A stretch of DNA of 64,000 nt from Azolla caroliniana. Its lineage: Eukaryota > Plantae > Polypodiophyta. The notes beneath the pieces are model-generated. The model was not told the DNA's origin. It made no database searches and worked only from the letters and a program-made list of their open reading frames with translations. Within the stretch, counting starts at the first letter, position 1. Each line of letters begins with the position of its first letter. The stretch spans positions 14,074,001-14,138,000 of the forward strand of contig JBHGNT010000005.1 in the NCBI GenBank assembly GCA_043228905.1, written 5' to 3'. The position numbers were made by a program, and so were the translations under genes. Shown here in pieces: positions 1 to 12,143 of this stretch.

Positions 1-570
1 CTGGCGACAAGTGAAGAAAGAACCAAATCGGCAAATGTCTCGACGAGCGTTATCACAATGGAAGGTCTTGAAATTGAACAAGAATTTGTGGATAGCCATT
101 TTGCAAGGCCACATTGGGCTAGGGCCACTACCGAGACACCGGTGTGGATGGGAGACTTGAAAGATTCGGTGGTGGCGCTCATTGATCATGGCTCGGAGAT
201 CAACCTCATGTCTCTTGACTTCTATCAAAAGAGTCGTTGGCCCATTAATATTAGGCATGGGTGGAAGATTTGAGTGGCAACCAGGGCGACTGAAATGCTT
301 CATGGGGCCTGACCTAACGTTAAGGTAACTATTGGCGATGTTGAGCATGATCAACACTTTTTTGTGCAGGAATCGGCATCACATCCTGTCATCCTTGGCG
401 AGCCTTACATTACAGCATCCCAGATGGAGACAAAGGTACTTGATAATGGTTCGGCATATGCGCGGATACGAAGTCAAGATGGGACGAGCTTTGTTCAATT
501 CCTCACCATATGACCCAACCATGAAAGAAATAGGTATAGCTTAGGGAAAGAATCTAGGGAGGATTTTTAA
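1..570 (+). pseudogene. Element A, end of gag-protease ORF (aspartic protease ALIDHGSEIN), with premature stops
   Basis: ORF 58..273 and its in-frame continuation to GAT TTT TAA at 562-570; colinear with element C ORF 11555..12088. Confidence 0.85.
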
Positions 571-624
571 TTCGGGTTATTAGGGAGAGGGACAACAATA
601 GTCCGGGACATCAAACTATGTCCC
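561..624 (+). promoter_or_regulatory. Predicted -1 ribosomal frameshift signal of A: G_GAT_TTT plus H-type pseudoknot
   Basis: Heptamer 561-567 then TAA; stem1 CGGGTTATT(573-581)/AATAGTCCG(597-605); loop GGGACA(589-594) pairs with TGTCCC(619-624); -1 frame open into ORF 618. Confidence 0.75.
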
Positions 625-3600
625 CAAATCAATGTAATAAAAGTTGTCACCCCATTAATGAAAATGAAGTCTTGTTTTCTGAAAAGGGGATGTGTAAATT
701 TAGCAACATTAATGGAGGAGATATTAACATAGAAATCCTAGAGGAACAACTTAGAGAAATCGGGATTATGAGTGAGGAAGAGGCAATAAACGGGTACATG
801 GAGATAATATCATTTGATGATACTCTTGGGGAAATGGAGAAAAGTCATCAAATCGAAACTACAAGTCAACAGAATGATTCCAATCAACTATGTCGCCTTA
901 TACACCGCCATCGACGAATACGAACAAGGTGTCGCGACGAATGAAGTCAAAGTTAATACCAAGTACAAGACTGTAGATAAGAAGGTCAAACTTGTGGCTA
1001 CTCCCTTGCCTGAAGATAGTTGGCAGTGAATAAAGGAGGTAGCGCAAGATCCGTGCCTTAGAGACCCGAAAGGAGTAGGGCATGGCATGTCTTCACCGAC
1101 GAAACTCGGAGGAAGCTCAAAATTGGTGGGGGTGAGTTTTTGCTTCCCAAAGAAGAGTCCAAGTTCCGGGAAATGTTGGAGCAACACGGGAAAGCATTTG
1201 CCTTTTTCCCGCAAGAGAACGGATGTGTTGACCCAATGCTTGTGGAACCAATGGTTATCTTTACAATACCCCATGTGCCATGGAACTTGAAGCCAATTCC
1301 CGTTCCAAGATTGCAAGAGATGTTAAAAGAAAAGATTAGAATGGGAATCCTTGAGCCATCTAATGCGTCTTATTCAAATAGGTGGTCCATAGTGCCAAAG
1401 AAGAATGGAGCGCTTCGATTTATCCAAGATCTGCAACCGGTAAACAAGGTCACCATTCGTAATGTTGGTATTGGACCTAGTGTTTATGAGTTTACTAAAG
1501 CTTTTGCAGGAAGGTCGATTTACTCGATTGGAGACTTGTATTCTGGATACGACCAAATTCAATTGTCTTTGGATAGTCGAGACATCACAACAATGCAGAC
1601 TCCCATTGGGTTGGTAAGGATGTGTACATTACCGCAAGGGGCAACTAACTCGGTGGCTCACATGATGAACACCATGAGCAAAGTACTAAGAGACTGCATC
1701 CCAGATATTACGATGCCTTTCCTTAATGATATCCCTATAAAGGGGTGCCCTGAATCAGAGAAGGACGAGTCTTTAGATCAAGATGGATGTCGAAGATTTG
1801 TTTCAAACCATATTGAAGACTGTGGAAGAGTGTTGGAAAGACTAGAAGGTGCAAGTCTCACATTCTCCAGAGAAAAATCAGCATTTGGCCAACGCGAGAT
1901 CCTAGTAGTGGGACATCTTTGTGGACCATACGGACGGAAACCCTCTCTCGAGAAGGTGAATGTTATTCAAGAGATGCAAGAGGAATGTGGAACGCAGACA
2001 GAGGTCTGAAGATTCTTTCTTAGGAGCATGTGCGTTCTACCACATTTGGATTCCACACTATGCTCATGTGGTTGAACCCTTGTATAGCTTACTAAAAAAA
2101 GGGAGAAAATTCAAAATGGGAACCGGTACACACAGAGGTGATGAAGAGGTTAAAAGGGCTACTGGTGGCAGCACCAACTTTAAGAAAAGTCGTCTACAAA
2201 GAAGTGATGCCCATCTACGTCACGATAGATACGAGTCCAACGGGGATTGGATGGGTCATCAACCAAGAAGGAGAAGATAGCACATGGTATGCCATCCGGT
2301 TTGGAGCAAAGGTCCTTAGAGAACGACAGCGAGGATACGCCCAAGTAAAGCGGGAACTCTAGGATATCGTGTCTATAGTGAAGGTAGACAAGGACTACCT
2401 GATCGGGTTGGAGGTGGTAATTGAAACGGATTTCCTCCCAATCCTTGGGATGATCTCCGGATGTGCGACACCAGATCTGGCTATGCTAAGGTGGATCGCT
2501 TATATCAAGTCTTTAAACCCAGAGATCCGCCACATTGCTGGAAAGAACAATGCCATGGCTGATATGCCTATCAAGAGCAAGATTCGAAGATGAAAGTGAC
2601 ACGGTTTCAGAAGATGAAAACATCACCCTTGATTTCTTCAAGGCAGCCCAACTATCAGCAGAAGACAGAGGCACGCCAACCCTCCACGCTTTCAACGAGA
2701 ACGAGTATGAAGGGGAGTGGTTACTAATCGGCAGATTCTTAAGAACAATCGTTGAGGAGGACAAGGATGCCACGACAAGTAGTGGTGAAGAAAGAGGACC
2801 AAACAACGTTGATGTCTGAATTCCACGAGAGTCCATGGGCAGGTCATAGAGGAACGTGGGCAACGTTTGAAAAGCTAAAGGAGAAGTATTGGTGCCCGAG
2901 CATATATAAAGATGTACTACATTTTGTGTCCACATGTGAAAGCTGCCAAGTACATTCGAACATACGTCATTGTGATGAGTTGCAGCCAACATACCCACTC
3001 ACCATATACTTTAAATGGATGGTGGATCTTGTCTCGATGCCAATGGGAGTGGGACAGATGAAGTACTTGGTACTAGCGAGGGAAGACCTAACAAATTAGG
3101 TAGAAGGACGAGCCTTAGCAAATAAGACGATGGCAACCATATGCAAATTTCTGCTCGAAGAGGTCGTCTGTCGATACGGATGTGTGGGAAAGATAGTGGC
3201 CGACCGAGGGGAGTTAGATGCGCACGAAGCAATGGAGCTCTTCAAGCGACTAGGCATAAAGCTCTCCATCACAACTGCCTATAATCCGGAAGCAAATGGG
3301 AAGATCGAGCGAGGGCATGGGCTGATAGTCAAAACCATCGTACGAGCATGCAATGGTCGAGTTGGGAATTGGTCGCGATTATTGCCCTATGCATTGTGGG
3401 CCGATAGAACTACGCACAGTTCTGTGATAGGCTATATGCCAGTAGAGCTCATGTATGGAAAGAAACCAATAATGCCCATCGAGAGGATGATCGCCTCATG
3501 GGTAACAATACCATGGGAGAACGAGATGAGCTGGGAAGAATTATTGGCGGCACGGATAAGGCAGCTCGAAAGAAGACCCAAAGATCTAGAGAACGAGCGA

Positions 3601-3978
3601 AAGATAATGGGGATAGACCGAGTGAAGAATAAGATTCGGTTCGATAAGACACACCGACTGCGTCCCAAGAAGATCAAAGAAGGAGATTGGGTATTGGTCT
3701 ACAACAACAACCTTGACAACCAACACAGGACAACAAGGAAGTTCACAAGAAGGTGGTTCAAACAGTATGTGGTGATGAGTGCCAACGACAATGCCACCTA
3801 CCACCTCGCGGAGCTAGACGGATCAAGGACGGCCATACCCATTGCAGGGAAAAGAGTAAAGATATTCAAGAAAAGACAAGATGAGGGTCCTAACCTCGAT
3901 GACCTCAGCAATGAAGATAGTACAACAGGACCCACAAACATGAGCAAGGTCAATGAGGATGTGGAGGAAATTGATTAA
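561..3978 (+). pseudogene. Element A pol (RT-RNase H-integrase) in the -1 frame, broken by stops and frameshifts
   Basis: RT (GDLYSGYDQ, TLPQGATNS, PFLND), RNase H (TIDTSPTGIG, VIETD), IN zinc finger (HES..GH..CESC) and core (ADRGE, YNPEANGKIER). Confidence 0.9.
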
Positions 3979-4616
3979 GCGTCGTAGCCGAAATCTCACA
4001 CTCACTTCTTGGCATGTACCGGAGGACGTGCGGTTTGGTGGGGGTGGATGTCGTGAAGATTTTCGGTAACAGTGCGAAAATCGTGTAGAACGAGGAAAAT
4101 CGAGAAGGTGCAATGTGCACACGTATGAAAGAAGTAATGCTTACACATGTATGTTAGCACGTTAATGTGCACGTGTGATGTGTGTTTAGGTGTTCATTAC
4201 ACAAGATATAAAAATAAGCCTAAGGCCTATCTATTGGCATACAATGAGGTGCAAGTAAGGTTTTGAACCTTACACCTCGAGGATAGAAGGCAATTGACAT
4301 AACACTGGGCTAAGTTGTTTTCTTTAAAGTTTATTTGTTCATTGTACTTTTCACATGTAACAACTCGTACATGAGAGCTTGAATGAGAGACATGGTCATC
4401 ATGCATCACATGCATTTCATGCATTGTATACATGTCTTACACCCTCCATGCATCATATGCATGGGGGCATCTATATAAGAAGGAAAGGAAGGGAAAGGAA
4501 ATCAAGCAATGTATGGAATCAATAACAGTAATAATAAATCTGACTTGTGTCATTGGCAATGTGTCTTGTCCCTTACTTTTGAAGTCAAAGGTTCAAACCA
4601 GGAATTGGAATTCTCG

Positions 4617-4951
4617 TGTCATGAACATCGAGTCGAATTCAAGCCTTAGGTCCTTGTATATATATGTTTCTCCTAGAAAGAGTTTAGACATTAAACCTTT
4701 GTATAAAGAGTGGTATGTAAGACTTGGCATGCAAGAATTAGTATGCTTAATATTATAGTATGTATGACTTGGCATGAGCATGCTTCTCATGCATCATTAT
4801 ATGTATAAAAAGGGTTGATCTCCCTTGTTAACATCAAGGAGATCAACACCAATCATGGAATAGATATTCGTACTCATTGTCATCAACTTGTCCATCTCTC
4901 TATCTCATCTACTTACCCATCTCTTTGTCTTCCTATTGTTCATCCGTGATA
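4617..4951 (+). repeat. Element B 5' LTR
   Basis: Direct repeat of 23345-23679; TATA-like TATAAAA at 4804. Confidence 0.95.
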
Positions 4952-4997
4952 GATTGATCTCCTCCCTTCTTTTTGTCTTCTTTCTCAATACACTATC

Positions 4998-5942
4998 ATG
5001 TCAGAATCATCTAGTAGTAACCTTGAGCAAATTTTGGCGGTACTACATCAACTCCAACATGAGAATGTGAGCTTACACAACTCTGTTCAAGAACTTCAGG
5101 CAGCAACGACGGTTATACCTCACCCGATTATTGACCCTTCTGCTGTAGAACCTAATGTCAGCTTGCCAGAAAAATTTGATGGAACAAGGTCACGATTAAG
5201 AGGCTTCATCAACCAAATCCGCCTTATTCTTCTTCTTCAGCCCCAATGATATTCTAATGACTTTCGACAAGTTGGGTTGATCGGCACATTGCTGACAAGA
5301 CAAGCGCAAGCCTGGTTTGCCCCTCTAGTAGAGACTTCTTCGCCTCTCTTAAATGACTTCCAAGCATTTCTTACCGAATTTGAGGCAACTTTCAGGGAGA
5401 CTGACAAACGACGAGCCGCGCTAAACAAACTATATGCGTTACAACAAGGAGAATGTGCGGCATCAATCTATGCATCTGAATTTCGTCAGCTCATGTGCGA
5501 TGTGGAATGGGACGAACAAGCCCTCCTCAATCAATTCCGTCGAGGATTACGAGGTGAGATAAAAAATCTTTTGCTTAACTTTCCTGAACCCACATCTTTG
5601 AATGAGGCTATTTCCCAAGTTGTGCATTGCAATAACCGTCTCTTTGAGTTTCGGCAAGTGGTATGTCCTCCTCGGATCCATCCACCTTGGCCAGCCGCTT
5701 CATCTTCATCGTGAACTCCTGCCATAGATTCTAGCTCCCCAATGGAGATCGATCGAATTCGCTATTGACCACTGACTAACGTGCAATGACAACATCGACG
5801 GGCTAACAATTTATGTCTCTATTGTGGCGTCCCTGGCCATTTGATCCGTTCTTGCCCAAAAAGGGGACCCCATCAAACACCACATCGTGTGGATGGGGTT
5901 AACATTTTCTGCCAACAAGAAAACTCCAATGTCCAGTTGTAG
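4998..5942 (+). pseudogene. Element B gag (PEKFDG motif, CCHC knuckle CLYCGVPGHLIRSC), several CGA>TGA-type stops
   Basis: ORFs 4998..5249 and 5277..5714 are in one frame that continues to TAG at 5940-5942. Confidence 0.88.
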
Positions 5943-6439
5943 TAGGGGTTGTGCATCTGGACTACAAGAGTTGACAATTGTGTCAAGGGCCCAATCAACC
6001 AACTTCTTTGACAACAAGCTTCACACTTCCGGTCACTCTTCAGTTTGGCTCCAACACTCTGAAGACAAAAGCTTTGTTGGATTCTGGGGCTACCTCGTGC
6101 TTTATTGACATCATGTTTGCATGGACACACAACATTCCAAGCAACAAAATAACTGTCCCGATTCCAGTTGAAGTGATCGACGGTCAAACGCTCTCTTCTG
6201 GTGCAATCACAAATACAACAATTCCCTTGAGTCTCCACATAGGAGCCCACCAGGAAGAAATCATTTTTAACCTCATCACATCACCTTGACATCCTATCAT
6301 CTTGGGGTTATCATGGCTCGAGACTCACAATCCAATCGTGGATTGGCGATCTCGCTCCATCAACTTCACCTCGAATTCTTGCCCACAAGGGATTACTTCC
6401 ATTCTTCTTTGAGCTAATGCTCTGCCATTTGTTTGGCCG

Positions 6440-6760
6440 CCTACTTCGGTGAGGACCGTGTCAACGGTTGCACCCACTCATGTTTCGGGGACAACTACCG
6501 TTTCTGCTCCAATGGGGACCATATCAATGGTTGCTCCGATTCCAGTCTCCACTCTGGTGAGGACCGTGTCAACCATTTCTCCCACTCATGTTTCAGGTAC
6601 AACTCCCGTTTCTACTCCAGTGAGGACCACATCAATGGTTGCTCCGATTCCAGTCTCCGCTCCGGTGAGGATTGCGTCAACGGTTGCTCCCACTCATGAT
6701 TCGAGGGCAACTCCCATTTCTGCTCTGGTGAGGACCACATTAGTGGTCACTCCCATTTCC
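6440..6760 (+). repeat. Degenerate tandem repeat (about 57/114-bp units) between PR and RT of B, encoding a Thr/Ser/Pro/Val-rich linker
   Basis: Repeated GGTGAGGACC...TCAA.GGTTGCTCC; ORF 6449 repeats VRTVSTVAPTHVSG / TxSMVAPIPVS. Confidence 0.8.
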
Positions 6761-8063
6761 TCTTCAACAAGAACCATGTCAATGATTGCTCCAATAGAAA
6801 TAACATCGATAGTCCCAACCGCGTCGTCTTCGGAAATAGATTCCACTCTTGTTCAGGTAAGTGATACGGTGTTAATTGCATCCATTTCTAATTCTATGGA
6901 CATGGCCGTCATGTCCACTCTAGACACTACCCTATGTAGTAGCTTTTTTCCATCAAAATACAATGACTTCTCTAATGTATTTGAGAAGAAAAATGTTGAT
7001 CGCCTGCTCTGAACATCGCCCATACGATTGTCCAATTGACTTGAAAGATGGTGCTTGTCCTCCTTTCGGCCCTATCTATGGGTTATCTGAACCTAAACTC
7101 AAGGCCCTCAAAATGTACATTGAAGAGAATCTCGCAAAGGGATTCATTCGCCACTCAAAATCTCCAGCTGGCTCTCCGATTCTATTTGTCAAAAAGAAAG
7201 ATGGAACTTTACACTTATGTATCGACTATCGCGGGCTCAATCGAGTCACTATTTGAAATCGCTATCCACTACCTCTAATCCCTGAGCTCCTCGACCGACT
7301 TCGGGTTGGGCGTATATTCTCCAAAATTGATCTCAGAGGTGCCTACAACTTGGTACGTATCAAGCCTGGAGATGAGTGGAAAACGACATTTCGAACCAGG
7401 TACAGGCATTTTGAATACATGGTAATGCCATTTGGTCTCACAAATGCTCCCGTTGTTTTTCAACATATGATGAATGACATCTTCCAAGAATATATGGACC
7501 AATTTGTGGTCATCTATCTCGACAACATACTTATCTTCTCACAGGACTACATAGAGCACACCAAGCACGTGTGACTTATCTTGTCCAAACTTCGGGAACA
7601 TGGACTTTATGCGAAACCCCAGAAGTGTGAATTTGATCGAACCTCAGTTGAATTCCTTGGGTACGTCATTTCATCTAACGCTCTCACTATGGACAAGAAG
7701 AAAGTCGCAACAGTTCAAGAGTGGGAAGTCCCCACCAAGGTCAAGGATGTGCAATTATTTTTGGGTTTTGCCAACTTCTATCGTCAATTCATCCAAGTAT
7801 TCTCTACACTAGCGCAGCCACTTATAGCACTCACTCGGAAGGATTCCCCTTTTTGTTGAACTCCAACAACCCAACTGGCATTCGAGACACTAAAGAAAGG
7901 TTTTACCTCGGCTCCGGTACTTTTTCATCCAGATCTGACCAAACCATTTACAATCGAAACTGATGCCTCTGACTTCGCCATTGGTGTCATTCTCTCTCAA
8001 TCAGATAAAAACGGGTTCCTTCATCTTGTTGCATTTTATTCCAGGAAGTTCACCCCCCCGAGA

Positions 8064-8551
8064 TCAACTACCCAATTTACAACAAAGAACTCTCTGCCAT
8101 TATTGCCGCCTTTGAAGAATGGCGTCCTTACTTGGTAGGCGCCCAACACCGTATCCAGGTGGTGACCGATCACAAGAACTTTGTCTACTTCACCATTACT
8201 CGCATTTTGAATTGAAGGCAAGCGCGATGGTCGACCTTCCTGGCCGATTATGACTTTGAAATTGTTTTTTGTCCTGGTGCCCAACATGGTAAAGCCGATG
8301 CGCTATCTCAACTACCCAATTTACAACAAAGAACTCTCTGCCATTATTGCCGCCTTTGAAGAATGGCGTCCTTACTTGGTAGGCGCCCAACACCGTATCC
8401 AGGTGGTGACCGATCACAAGAACCTTGTCTACTTCACCATTACTCGCATTTTGAATTGAAGGCAAGCGCGATGGTCGACCTTCCTGGCCGATTATGACTT
8501 TGAAATTGTTTTTTGTCCTGGTGCCCAACATGGTAAAGCCGATGCGCTATC
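8064..8551 (+). repeat. 244-bp tandem duplication in the RNase H region of B
   Basis: 8064-8307 repeated at 8308-8551; one mismatch seen. Confidence 0.92.
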
Positions 8552-10014
8552 TCGACGTTCGAAATTCGAAATTCGGCCAAGGGATGTAACCTACAATCAA
8601 CAATCACATTGTCTCCTACAACCACATCAATTTTAACTCTGTGCAACTTATATGGCCGTGGATGAATCATTACTCAATGCCATAGCCACAAATACTGCCA
8701 CCGACAAATTTGCACAAGAGATTAGGGAGAATCTCAACAACTCATCCAAAGGTGAGGTACAGAATATTCATAACCAATTTATGTTTCGGGATGGTTTTCT
8801 TTCCCGGTGCAACTTAATGTATGTCCCAGATGGTCCTTGTCGTATCCGTATCGTGAAGGAATGCCATGATGATGCCCTAGCTGGACATTTTGGTGTTGCA
8901 ATTGAGTTAATATCTAGAAGTTATTGGTGGCCACAACCTTGGAAACTTGTTAAAGAATTTTTGAAAACATGTGATACGTGTGCCCGCGCCAAAGCAGTAC
9001 ATCATCGTCCCTACGGTCTACTTCAACCTTTGCCAAATCCAAATAGGCCATGGGCCTCCATCTCGACGGACTTTATCACTGACCTTCCAGACATTGATGG
9101 ATTCAATTCAGTATTGGTGGTGGTTGATAGATTCACAAAGATGGCATTGTTTATTCCATGTTCTAAGGCAAATTTAAGAATGGAAACATCAGATCTATTA
9201 TTAATAAATATTGTGCACCTTCACGGTTTACCGGATGTCATTATCTCTAATCGCGGTCCCCAATTTATGTCTCATTTCTGGAAACGTTGTCGTAGTGTAT
9301 TCCACACACTACGTGAAAACCATAAAATAATATATCCGATTTTAGATACATATAAATAAATAAATAATATATCAAAATATTTATCACGTGCATAAGGCAA
9401 GATTCAAACCCTACACCTCCACGTAGCCAAACCTCAACTTTACCATTATGCTACCTTATCTTTACTATTCTATAAATAGATTTAATAAACTATAACTGCT
9501 TTATTTGCGCCTACCTTTATTAAAAGGTAAATCATGCATTTTTAGAGTGCGTGAATATTTTATAAAAAAACGCAAGCAACTAAAAAGTGACTCATGCACA
9601 TCTAGCGTGCATGAGCACTATGTTTAGCAAATAAAAGCAAGGATTAGAAAAGCATCACATGCACATTTAGTGTGCATGAACATATTAGAAAAAAGCATGT
9701 AGCTATGCTTAGTCTCTCCCATCACTATATAAGGATGGGGAGCACATTGTAGTTATTGTTGATTTTTTTTTCTATAATGATCAATCAATCTAAAATATTC
9801 GTGGGATTCACGAATTTGCTAAAATAATTCTCTCGTACTACCTAAATATTGACTAAATATACTAAACTCGTGGGATTCACAAGATTCTTATCTTATAACT
9901 CTTTATACCTATTCTTTACTAGCCTTATTTGTATTTTTCTTCCTCCTAGTCCAAAACCTCGGCGGTTCCCACCCGACTCACACAACGATCCGGAGCCGAA
10001 AGGCACGACACAGT

Positions 10015-10032
10015 TGGTGAACCCGACGTGAA
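10015..10032 (+). promoter_or_regulatory. PBS of C, complementary to the 3' end of tRNA-Trp
   Basis: TGGTGAACCCGACGTGAA, 4 nt after the LTR; identical to 58842-58859; matches plant tRNA-Trp 3' end as recalled (..TTCACGTCGGGTTCACCA). Confidence 0.85.
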
Positions 10033-10049
10033 AACCGGGTGGCAAGGAG

Positions 10050-12088
10050 ATGGAAAATCAACCGGAGGCTAGCAACATGATGATGATGTTCGAGCGCATG
10101 CTACAAGAACAACGCGCGATGTCGGAGATAGCGGCATCAGTGGAGCGGCTCGTGCAACGAAACGGGCAATTCAACGGGAAAGACGTGTTGCGGTATCTTC
10201 GGGACTACAAGGCGGAGATGCTACGGTGCGGAATATCGGAAGGACTGCAAGTGACGTCCTTCAACCGGGTGGCGACCGACGGGCTTCAAGCAAGCATCCA
10301 TGGGCTACGACAACAAAATCCGACATGGGAGGCGTTTGAAGAAGAGCTAAAGAGGACGTTCGCCATCGAGGATTCCTCCAAGGCGACGCGAAGGGGATTC
10401 GAAGATTGGGTGGAGACGCCGGACAAGGGATTGAAGGTCGTTGATGTGTTTTCGGCATTCGAAAGCCGGTTCGGGAGGTTGTCCGCGAGAGATCAAGCTA
10501 TCCTCGTACCAGACAAGGTGATCATGTTCTTGCGAGCCGTGGACGTCCAGGACCAGAAAGATCTCGGAGTGCTCTTGGAGGACACGACCACGGAGATTGG
10601 CCTCACCGAAACATGGGAAAGCGTGCGGGATATCGTCACGCGATACACGAAGAGGGGGCAATGGCTTGCCAACGAGGAAAAGAGGGTTTCGGAACCGATT
10701 CCGAAACCGAGAACCGGATTGGAAGACCATCAACCGAGGGCTCGGGAGACTACAACCGAGAAGGGGATTGATGCATCTACGGTGGAGCAACTATTGAAGA
10801 AGATGGAGAATCTGAAGATCGCGATGGTGAAGAAGTCGGATGACCGCCCCACAAGCTCCAAGTATATAGACCGACGGTGCATATGGTGCGATAGCGCCGA
10901 ACACGATCGGAGGGATTGCGACGAGCATAAGGAGGCGCTACGGCGGGATCTCATCTACTACGAGGGAAACCGGATTCATTCGATGGACTCTCGGAAGCCA
11001 CTCCGACCGAACTTCCGGAAAGGCGGCATGAAGAAGGTGCTCGAGGAGGAATTGGCGGCAAGAAGCAACTATGCGACAACCGCGGTAATATGCGTCGGGG
11101 AGTCATCGAGAGCAAAGACGTCTTTTTGGCCGGAAGTTCTAGAAAACACCGAGAAAACCGACTCCAACGAGATCCGAAGCACCGCGGAAGGCGTCCGGGA
11201 AGCTACGGGATGGGAGTGCCCTGTCGACAAGAATAGTGTATATGCCCTGTGTCAATTGCATAAGGTGTATGTGGACAAGAAACGAGACGCATGGAGGATG
11301 CGGGTAGGCCATCGAAGATACCGGAAAGCTGGAACTCCAGAGGTAAGGGAAAAGAAAAGGCAACTCCGGCATTCAAGCTCGCCTCGGACATAGAATAACA
11401 AACTGACTTGAAAAGAGTGTTCGAGGAAAGAATCTTGGATAGCCGGGTAGATTTCTCGCTTCGGGAGCTACTCGGAATAGCAAAGGAGTTCCACGATCTT
11501 CTCGTGGATCTCGTGAAGTGAAAAAGACAAAGTACGGAGGAAAATGCTCCAAGGGTGAATGCGAACACCGTTTTAATGAACGACACTGAAGTGGAGGATG
11601 AAATTCCGAACTCCCACTATACAAGGCCACATTGGGCACGCGCGACTACGGAGACTCCGATCCGAATCGGCAACATCAAAGAACCTGTGCTAGCATTGAT
11701 TGATCACGGGCTGGAGATCAACTTGATGTCCAAGGAGTTCTACCAGAAGGGGAAGTGGCCTATTAACACCAACCATGGATGGAAGATTCAGGCAGCCACC
11801 AAAGCAATGGAAGATCTATTTGCGGCTTGTCCGGATGTGACGGTGAAGATCAGGGATGTCGAGATCGACCAAAATTTCTTCGTGCAAGATGAGGTTTCAC
11901 ATTCCGTCATCCTCGGCCAACCCTTTATCACGGCATCACGGATGGAGACGAAGGTGCTCGATAGCGGTGCGGCTTTTGCGCGAATTCGGAGCCAAAACGG
12001 TGGGAAATCCGTCCAATTCCTAACGGTGCCGGAAAATCACGAAAGGAACAAGAGGGAACTCTTGTCCCAAGTGAGAATGGATTTTTAA
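10050..12088 (+). pseudogene. Element C gag-protease ORF (CCHC knuckle CIWCDSAEHDRRDC; protease ALIDHGLEIN); frameshift near 11285 and a stop near 11520
   Basis: ORFs 10050..11393 and 11555..12088. Confidence 0.88.
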
Positions 12089-12143
12089 AGCGGACTGTTG
12101 CGGAGTGGGGAAGTGATAGTCCGAGAAGCCCTAATACCCCACA
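12079..12143 (+). promoter_or_regulatory. Predicted -1 frameshift signal of C: G_GAT_TTT plus H-type pseudoknot
   Basis: Heptamer 12079-12085; stem1 CGGACTGTTGC(12091-12101)/GTGATAGTCCG(12113-12123); loop GTGGGG pairs with CCCCAC (about 12137-12142); -1 frame open into ORF 12223. Confidence 0.8.

Larger units (their letters stand above)
5918..9287 (+). pseudogene. Element B pol, 5' part (PR LLDSGAT, RT YLDNIL, RNase H, IN zinc finger and start of core)
   Basis: ORF fragments 5978, 6963, 7350, 7581, 8652; cut by C at ...FMSHFWKR. Confidence 0.9.
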
